Assembly: GCA_963813815.1 (NCBI GenBank)
Contig: CAWFAD010000007.1
Location: forward strand, 64,001 to 128,000
DNA from: an uncultured bacterium
GTDB lineage: Bacteria; Krumholzibacteriota; Krumholzibacteriia; Krumholzibacteriales; Krumholzibacteriaceae
Length of the DNA stretch: 64,000 nt
Direction: 5' to 3'
The notes under the pieces were generated by a model, which worked only from the letters and a program-made list of their open reading frames with translations, searched no databases and was not told where the DNA came from. Of this stretch, positions 57,504 to 64,000 are shown piece after piece (the first letter of the stretch is position 1; the number at the start of each line of letters is the position of its first letter). The translations under genes were made by a program, and so were the position numbers.

Positions 57504-59288
57504 ATGAGCACGGGCAGGATCGTCAAGGTGTCGGGACCCCTCATCGTCGCTGAGGGGATGCGGGAAGCGAAGATGTTCGAGGTCGCTCGCGTCAGCGAGA
57601 AGCGCCTCCTCGGCGAGATCATCGAGCTGCACGGCGACGAGGCGTACATCCAGGTCTACGAGGACACGGCGGGGCTCGGCCCCGGAGAGACGGTCGAGTC
57701 GACGGGGATGCCGCTGTCGATCGAGCTCGGCCCGGGCCTGCTGCAGTCGATTTACGACGGCATCCAGCGCCCCCTCGACGTCGTGTACCGCAAGGCGGGC
57801 CACTACATCGCGCGCGGCATCAACGTTCCGGGGCTCGATCACAAGCGGCGATGGGAGTTCACGCCGAACGGAAGCCTCAAGGCGGGCGAGCCGGTCGGGC
57901 CGGGGGACCTCCTCGGCGAGATCCGCGAGACCGAGCTCGTCGTGCACCGCGTGCTCGTGCCTCCGACGATCGGCGCCGGAAAGCTCGTCAAGGCGCCCGA
58001 GCGGGGAGCGTACGCGATCGACGACACGATCGCCGAGATCGAGACGGCGGAAGGGGTGCGGAAGGTCGCTCTCATGCACCGTTGGCCCGTGCGCACCCCG
58101 CGTCCCATCGTGAAGAAGCTCGTTCCGCAGAAACCGCTCGTCACGGGCCAGCGCGTGATCGACGCGCTCTTTCCGATCAGCCAGGGAGGCACGGCGTGCG
58201 TGCCGGGGCCCTTCGGGGCCGGCAAGACCGTCATCCAGCACCAGCTCGCCAAATGGTCCGACGCGCAGATCATCGTCTACATCGGCTGCGGCGAGCGCGG
58301 CAACGAGATGACCGACGTGCTCCAGGAATTTCCCGAGCTCACCGATCCCGCGTCGGGGCGCCCCCTCATGGAGCGCACCGTCCTCATCGCGAACACCTCG
58401 AACATGCCGGTCGCCGCGCGCGAGGCGTCCGTGTACACGGGGATCACGATCGCCGAGTACTTCCGCGACATGGGTTACGACGTCGCGGTCATGGCCGATT
58501 CGACCTCCCGGTGGGCCGAGGCGATGCGCGAGATGTCGGGGCGCCTCGAGGAGATGCCCGGCGAGGAGGGGTATCCGGCGTACCTTCCCTCGCGCATCGC
58601 GGAGTTTTACGAGCGCTCGGGCAGGACGATCTGCCTCGGACGCGAGGGGAGAACGGGCACCCTGTCCGTCATCGGCGCCGTATCTCCTCCCGGAGGCGAT
58701 CTCTCCGATCCGGTCGTGCAGGCGACGCTCAAGGTCGTCAAGGTGTTCTGGAGCCTCGAGGACCAGCTCGCCTTCGAGCGCCATTTCCCGGCGATCAGCT
58801 GGCTCACGAGCTACAGCCTGTACCACGACGCCCTGCGCGATCATTTCCACGCGGAGGTGGCCGACGACTGGGGGCGCATGCGCACGGAGACGATGGAGCT
58901 CCTCCAGAAGGAGTCCGAGCTCAAGGAGCTCGTCCGTCTCGTCGGCGTCGACGCGCTCTCGCCGCAGGATCGCGTCATCCTCGAGACGACGAAAATGATC
59001 CGCGAAGATTTTCTGCACCAGTCGGCGTTCGATCCCGAAGACGCCTACACGCGCCTCGAAAAGCAGTACCGGATGCTCCAGACCATTCTCGAGCTCCACC
59101 GCCGGAGCATCGAGGCGGTCGAAAAGCGGTGCCCCCTGCGCAAGCTCCTCGATCTGCCGGTCCGGGAGCGCATCTCCCGAATGCGTTACATCGCCGAGAA
59201 GGATCTCGCGCAGTTCGACGCGATCGTTCGGGAAATGGAAGAGCAGCTCGCGGGCTGCCTCAAGGAAAACCGTACCGGCGAGGAGTGA
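57504..59288 (+). CDS. ntpA: V/A-type ATPase catalytic subunit A
   Basis: KVSGPL, Walker A GPFGAGKT, GCGERGNEM, DSTSRWAEA.RE and VSPPGGD; no intein. Confidence 0.97.
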   Translation: MSTGRIVKVSGPLIVAEGMREAKMFEVARVSEKRLLGEIIELHGDEAYIQVYEDTAGLGPGETVESTGMPLSIELGPGLLQSIYDGIQRPLDVVYRKAGHYIARGINVPGLDHKRRWEFTPNGSLKAGEPVGPGDLLGEIRETELVVHRVLVPPTIGAGKLVKAPERGAYAIDDTIAEIETAEGVRKVALMHRWPVRTPRPIVKKLVPQKPLVTGQRVIDALFPISQGGTACVPGPFGAGKTVIQHQLAKWSDAQIIVYIGCGERGNEMTDVLQEFPELTDPASGRPLMERTVLIANTSNMPVAAREASVYTGITIAEYFRDMGYDVAVMADSTSRWAEAMREMSGRLEEMPGEEGYPAYLPSRIAEFYERSGRTICLGREGRTGTLSVIGAVSPPGGDLSDPVVQATLKVVKVFWSLEDQLAFERHFPAISWLTSYSLYHDALRDHFHAEVADDWGRMRTETMELLQKESELKELVRLVGVDALSPQDRVILETTKMIREDFLHQSAFDPEDAYTRLEKQYRMLQTILELHRRSIEAVEKRCPLRKLLDLPVRERISRMRYIAEKDLAQFDAIVREMEEQLAGCLKENRTGEE

Positions 59289-59294
59289 GATGTC

Positions 59295-60722
59295 ATGGTG
59301 ACGGAATACACGACCATCGGTGAAATCGCTGGCCCGCTCGTTCTGCTCGACAGGGTCGAACACGCGACGTACGAGGAGCTCGTCGAGGTGGAGCTCGCCG
59401 ACGGCGAGCTGCGCCGGGGGAAGGTGCTCGAGGTCGACCGCGACCGCGTCCTCATCCAGCTCTTCGAGGGCACGCGGGGCGTCGATATGGCGAAAACCCG
59501 CGTTCGTTTCCTCGGGCGCGGACTCGAGCTCGCCGTCTCTCCCGATATTCTCGGGCGCATCTTCAACGGCCTCGGCGCACCGATCGACGACGGTCCGCGG
59601 CTCATCGCCGAGCGCACGCTCGACATCAACGGGAGCCCGATCAACCCGTACGCCCGCGTTTACCCGAAGGAGTTCATCCAGACCGGGATATCGGCGATCG
59701 ACGGGCTCAACACGCTCGTGCGGGGGCAGAAGCTCCCGATTTTCTCCGGCTTCGGGCTGCCGCACTCCGAGCTCGCGGCGCAGATCGCGCGCCAGGCGAC
59801 CGTGCTCGGCGCGGAGGAGAGCTTCGCCATCGTGTTCGCCGCCATGGGCATCACCTTCGAAGAGGCGAACTACTTCATCCGCGATTTTCAGGAGACGGGC
59901 GCGATGGAGCGGGTCGTTCTCTTCATCAACCTCGCGAACGACCCCACCATCGAGCGCATCGCCACGCCGCGCGCGGCGCTCACGGCGGCCGAGTACCTCG
60001 CCTTCGAGCGCGGCATGCACGTGCTCGTGATCATGACGGACATGACGAACTACTGCGAGGCGCTCCGGGAGGTTTCGGTCGCGCGCAAGGAGATTCCCGG
60101 GCGGCGCGGCTACCCCGGCTACCTCTACACCGATCTCGCGACGATCTACGAGCGCGCGGGGCTCCTCAAAGGGGCGAAAGAGGGGGAGGTGCTGAAGGGC
60201 TCCATTACCCAGATTCCGGTCCTTTCGATGCCGGACGACGACAAGACGCACCCGATCCCGGATCTCACCGGCTACATCACCGAGGGACAGATCATCCTCG
60301 ACCGCTCGCTGCATCGCAAGGGCATCTATCCGCCGATCAACGTGCTGCCGAGCCTCTCCCGCCTCCGCGACAAGGGGATCGGCGCGAAGCGCACGCGCGA
60401 GGATCACGCGCAGGTCGCCAACCAGCTCTTCTCCTCCTATGCCCGCAGCAAGGAGGTCGAGGAGCTCGCGGTCGTGCTCGGCGAGGCCGCTCTCACCGAT
60501 TCGGATAGGGCCTTCATGGTCTTCGGCGAGCAGTTCGAGCGACGGTTCGTGCGCCAGGACATTCACGAGAACCGCTCGATCGAGCAGACCCTCTCGATCG
60601 GGTGGGAGCTTCTGGCCAACATTCCGCGCAACGAGATCAAGCGCATCAAGGACGAGTTCGTCGACCGGTACCTTCCGAGGAAGGCCGAGCCGGCGGCGAA
60701 GGGGCGGGAGACGGCGCGGTGA
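59295..60722 (+). CDS. ntpB: V/A-type ATPase subunit B
   Basis: [36 protein letters not shown] and [15 protein letters not shown]. Confidence 0.97.
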   Translation: MVTEYTTIGEIAGPLVLLDRVEHATYEELVEVELADGELRRGKVLEVDRDRVLIQLFEGTRGVDMAKTRVRFLGRGLELAVSPDILGRIFNGLGAPIDDGPRLIAERTLDINGSPINPYARVYPKEFIQTGISAIDGLNTLVRGQKLPIFSGFGLPHSELAAQIARQATVLGAEESFAIVFAAMGITFEEANYFIRDFQETGAMERVVLFINLANDPTIERIATPRAALTAAEYLAFERGMHVLVIMTDMTNYCEALREVSVARKEIPGRRGYPGYLYTDLATIYERAGLLKGAKEGEVLKGSITQIPVLSMPDDDKTHPIPDLTGYITEGQIILDRSLHRKGIYPPINVLPSLSRLRDKGIGAKRTREDHAQVANQLFSSYARSKEVEELAVVLGEAALTDSDRAFMVFGEQFERRFVRQDIHENRSIEQTLSIGWELLANIPRNEIKRIKDEFVDRYLPRKAEPAAKGRETAR

Positions 60723-61351
60723 GAATCAAGGTCAATCCCAATCGCATGATGCTGATCCGCCTGCGGCGGCGCCTCGATCTTGCGCGCCGGGGGCACCGTC
60801 TCCTCAAAAACAAGCAGGAGAAGCTCATGCAGAATTTCTTCGCGCTCGTCCGCGAAACGACGGAGCTGCGGGAGAGAGTCGAGCGCGGCCTTCTCGAGAC
60901 GAGCGCCCACTACCTCGACGCGCGCTCCGCGACGGATCATCAAGCCCTCGAGGACGCGCTCGAGCTCACGTCGAAGGCGGGGGAGCTCTCGGTCGAGCTG
61001 AGGCACGAGATGAACGTCACGAGCCCCGAGTTCACCTTCGCCATGCCGGCCGGCGATCCCGCGTACCGGCTCGTCGGGACCTCCGCCGAGCTCGACACGG
61101 CGTTTCGGATGCTCATGGAGACCTTCCCCGGACTCCTCTCGCTCGTCGGCAGGGAGAACGCCCTTTTCCACATGGCCGAGGAGCTCGAGAAGACGCGGCG
61201 CAGGGTGAACGCCCTCGAGTACGTGCTCCTGCCCGACCTCGAGTCGGCCATTCGGAGCATCGAGGACAAGCTCGGCGAGCAGGAACGCTCCAACCAGATA
61301 CGCCTCATGAAGATAAAGGACATGGTCAAGGAGCGGGGCCAGGCCGTATGA
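60719..61351 (+). CDS. ntpD: V/A-type ATPase subunit D
   Basis: VNPNRM.L..L..RL..A.RGH.LLK.K and [12 protein letters not shown]. Confidence 0.95.
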   Translation: MRIKVNPNRMMLIRLRRRLDLARRGHRLLKNKQEKLMQNFFALVRETTELRERVERGLLETSAHYLDARSATDHQALEDALELTSKAGELSVELRHEMNVTSPEFTFAMPAGDPAYRLVGTSAELDTAFRMLMETFPGLLSLVGRENALFHMAEELEKTRRRVNALEYVLLPDLESAIRSIEDKLGEQERSNQIRLMKIKDMVKERGQAV

Positions 61352-61400
61352 CGGCCATCCCGCGCCCACGGGCAACCCGCTTTCCCGCAAGCCATTTATA

Positions 61401-61429
61401 TTGACTTTGCCCGGGGGGCATTTTATATT
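61401..61429 (+). promoter_or_regulatory. sigma70-like promoter for the TonB-dependent receptor gene
   Basis: TTGACT-17nt-TATATT in an AT-rich intergenic region. Confidence 0.65.
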
Positions 61430-61565
61430 TTTCACGGAGACGGAAAATAGCTCCAAAGTGATATAGAGACCCACACCTTATCTATTTCCTCCCGGTCCGT
61501 TTCGTGATCGCAGGGGGGAGTAGTATCCAAGGCATTTTATGGACCTTTTGGCAAGGAGTGGAACG

Positions 61566-64000
61566 ATGAAGGGTCGCACTGGCGCCCGAGCGGGTGCGTT
61601 CGTGCTGACGGCGTCGCTCATGATTCTTGTTGCCTCCTCCATCGCGTTCGCCCAATCGGGACGGGTCACAGGCAAGGTGGTCGACGAGGCAACGGGCGAG
61701 CCGCTCGCCTTTGCGAACGTGATCGCCGTGGGGACGACGATGGGCGCGATGACGCTGAACGACGGCACGTTCACGATCAGCGGCGTTCCCGTCGGCACGT
61801 ACACGGTGCGGGCGATGATGATGGGGTACCAGGCTTCCGACAAGGCCGGCGTCCGGGTCGATGCAGGGGTGCCGACCGAGGTCAACTTCCGGCTCAAAGA
61901 GGCGATCGTCGGCAGGACGCAGGAGATCCTCGTGGAGGCCGAGATCCCGCAGATCGACGTGAAATCGAGCGACCAGCGCCAGCGCGTGTCGAGCGACCAG
62001 CTCAAGGAGCTCCCCGTCGACGACGTCGCCGAGGCGATCGCGCTCAAGAGCGGCATCGTCAAGACCGGCGACGAGCTTCACGTGCGCGGCGGCCGGGGCG
62101 GCGAGGTGCAGTTCCAGATCGACGGCGTTCCGGTCGACGATCCGCTCGGCACAGGACAGATCTCCGTGGGGCTTCTCGGCACCGACCAGAGCGAGGTCAT
62201 CACGGGAGGCATGGACGCCGAGTACGGAAACGCCCAGTCGGCCATCATCAACGTCAGCACCCGAGAGGGCGGCAAGAACTTCGAGGGCCAGGTCCGCTAC
62301 ATGACGGACGATTTCGGCCGCAGGGACAAGACCTATACGAACTACGACCGCCTCGGCGTCGGCTTCGGCGGTCCGACCCCCATACGGAACCTCACGTACT
62401 ACATGTCGGGCGAGGCGACTTTCTCGGACGGCGAGAACTGGACGATCGCCGACCGGGACGAGACGAAGCTTCTCGGCGGGCTCGTCAAGTACTCCGGCCG
62501 CCAGTACATCGATTACAACGTTCAGGGCAAAGTCGCCTGGCAGCTCAACCCGCGCCTGAAGGTCATCGGCGAGGCGATCTACTCGCACGGCGTGAGCGAT
62601 CGCTACATCCACAACTGGAACATCGACGGGTACGTCCAGAAGGTCTACCGCTTCCTCACGCTGCGTCCGAGCCGCGACGTGGTGGCCGACGAGGCGCGTT
62701 CCTTCGGAGCGTACACGAGCATCTACCACGGGCCGTGGATCGATCAGGAAGTCACGCGCGTCGAATACTACCCCGGCTCCGAGGACGAGCGCCGACGCGT
62801 CGTGTACCCGATCATCGTCTTCGCGAAGGTGCGCGATCCGAACGATCCGAACCGCCCCGCGTTCCTCGTGCGGTACGACAGCTTCTACGCGCGCATGCTC
62901 ACCAACGTGTTCGGCGAGGAAACCGAGGTCATCTGGGACGAGGCGATCGTCGACGGGAACGGCGTGCGCACCGGCTACTACCAGAGCAAGCAGCTCTTCG
63001 AGGGCTTCCAGAATCCGGAGAGCAAGTTCAGCTACTTCCGCGACGATTCGAGCTACGTCTATTTCAACTCGGCCGAGCGCGTCTCGACGAACGAATCGGA
63101 CGATCTCAACCTCAAGGTCGCCGTCAACCACAACATCTCGGACGACGTGCTCTACACGGTGAGCCTGTCGCGTCTCCAGTTCAAGCTGCTCACGACGGTG
63201 GACGGCAAGCTTCCGGACGAGTATAACACGGCCGGTCTTCCGGCGACCCTCCCGAGCGGCTCGTGGCGCTACAGCGGCGTGAGCGACCAGAACTTCTATA
63301 CGGATCCCGACTATCCGTACTTCGTAACCTGCTACGATTATCCGCAGTACACGAACCGTCTCAGCAAGACCTACAACCTCAAGGCGGATTTGACCTCGAA
63401 GAAGTGGCAGAATCACCAGTTCAAAACGGGAGTTCAGTTCATCTATAACGATCTCGACGAGGAGTTCCGGAACTTTCCGGGACGGATACGTCCGCTCGGC
63501 GACGGCACGTACATGCAGGGCCTCAGCCAGAACGTCTTTCACAACTTCAACCCCGAGGCCTCCTACTACGTGCAGGACAAATGGCAGTACCAGGGGATGG
63601 TCGTGAACAGCGGCGTTCGCGTCGACTTCTTCTCTCCGGGCAACAACACCGAGATCCGCATCAACAGCTCCCAGATCGACCCGAACGTCGACAAGTACAA
63701 GTTCCAGATCAGCCCGCGTCTCGGTTTCGCGTTTCCGATCACCGACCGCGACAAGTTCCACTTCCACTACGGACGGTTCACCCAGTGGCCGAACCGCAAC
63801 TTCCTGTTCCAGTCGCAGGACGTGCTGAACGGCGTCGGCGTCATCGGCAATCCCGATCTCGACGAGGAGCTCACCGTCTCCTACCAGGCGGGTGTGTCCC
63901 ATCAGTTCACCGAAACGGTCGCCACGCACTTCGTGGTGTTCACGAAGGACATCTTCGGCCTCATCTCGACGACGCGCGTGCTCGACGAGGAGCTCGGGGT
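61566..64000 (+). CDS. TonB-dependent receptor with N-terminal carboxypeptidase-regulatory-like domain, 3'-truncated by the window
   Basis: AAGGAG RBS; signal peptide ...SSIAFA|QSGRVTGKVVDEATGEPLAFANV; plug motifs LHVRGGR..EV.FQIDG and TGGMDAEYGNAQS.IIN; barrel motif ISPRLGFAFPIT..FHFHYG.F.Q.P. Missing from the ORF track because there is no stop in the window. Confidence 0.9.
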   Translation, partial: MKGRTGARAGAFVLTASLMILVASSIAFAQSGRVTGKVVDEATGEPLAFANVIAVGTTMGAMTLNDGTFTISGVPVGTYTVRAMMMGYQASDKAGVRVDAGVPTEVNFRLKEAIVGRTQEILVEAEIPQIDVKSSDQRQRVSSDQLKELPVDDVAEAIALKSGIVKTGDELHVRGGRGGEVQFQIDGVPVDDPLGTGQISVGLLGTDQSEVITGGMDAEYGNAQSAIINVSTREGGKNFEGQVRYMTDDFGRRDKTYTNYDRLGVGFGGPTPIRNLTYYMSGEATFSDGENWTIADRDETKLLGGLVKYSGRQYIDYNVQGKVAWQLNPRLKVIGEAIYSHGVSDRYIHNWNIDGYVQKVYRFLTLRPSRDVVADEARSFGAYTSIYHGPWIDQEVTRVEYYPGSEDERRRVVYPIIVFAKVRDPNDPNRPAFLVRYDSFYARMLTNVFGEETEVIWDEAIVDGNGVRTGYYQSKQLFEGFQNPESKFSYFRDDSSYVYFNSAERVSTNESDDLNLKVAVNHNISDDVLYTVSLSRLQFKLLTTVDGKLPDEYNTAGLPATLPSGSWRYSGVSDQNFYTDPDYPYFVTCYDYPQYTNRLSKTYNLKADLTSKKWQNHQFKTGVQFIYNDLDEEFRNFPGRIRPLGDGTYMQGLSQNVFHNFNPEASYYVQDKWQYQGMVVNSGVRVDFFSPGNNTEIRINSSQIDPNVDKYKFQISPRLGFAFPITDRDKFHFHYGRFTQWPNRNFLFQSQDVLNGVGVIGNPDLDEELTVSYQAGVSHQFTETVATHFVVFTKDIFGLISTTRVLDEELG

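Noticed and set aside
57504..60722. Intein in V/A-ATPase subunit A or B
   Set aside because: Both have normal lengths (594 and 475 aa) with continuous motifs.
1..64000. CRISPR arrays, tRNA/rRNA genes, IS elements, integrases, prophage or defence genes
   Set aside because: Intergenic gaps are short and show no repeat-spacer pattern or cloverleaf, and no ORF carries transposase, integrase, Cas or phage motifs that I could recognise.

Overview
High-GC bacterial core-genome window. Gene content (SprA, a GWxTD-type protein, an FCB-style TonB-dependent receptor, a V/A-type ATPase) points by inference to the FCB superphylum outside Bacteroidota, possibly a Krumholzibacteriota/Latescibacterota-like lineage. 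Order of genes: ptsI (3' end), PGI/PMI, a nucleotidyltransferase, metK and ahcY; a minus-strand lptF-lptG-GWxTD operon divergent from a 6.4-kb sprA and an M28 glutaminyl-cyclase-like lipoprotein; rimP-nusA-infB-DUF503-rbfA-nrnA-truB-ribF-rpsO-pnp-M16-dut-deacetylase; a TPR/Zn-finger plus DUF4388 pair; asnS; two secreted hypothetical proteins; a 1,216-aa TPR protein and uvrA; gcvT-H-PA-PB-lipM-oppBCDF; a V/A-ATPase operon (Na+-type K ring, frameshifted subunit C); and the 5' part of a TonB-dependent receptor. No rRNA, tRNA, CRISPR or mobile element was seen. The most interesting signal is that the two otherwise dissimilar secreted proteins end in the same ~15-residue tail (I-x-x-E-x-x-S-W-G-A-I-K-S-[LM]-[FY]), conserved at protein rather than DNA level. 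This is a candidate C-terminal sorting signal, possibly for a non-canonical SprA/T9SS-like pathway. All product calls come from motif recognition by eye; no searches were run.
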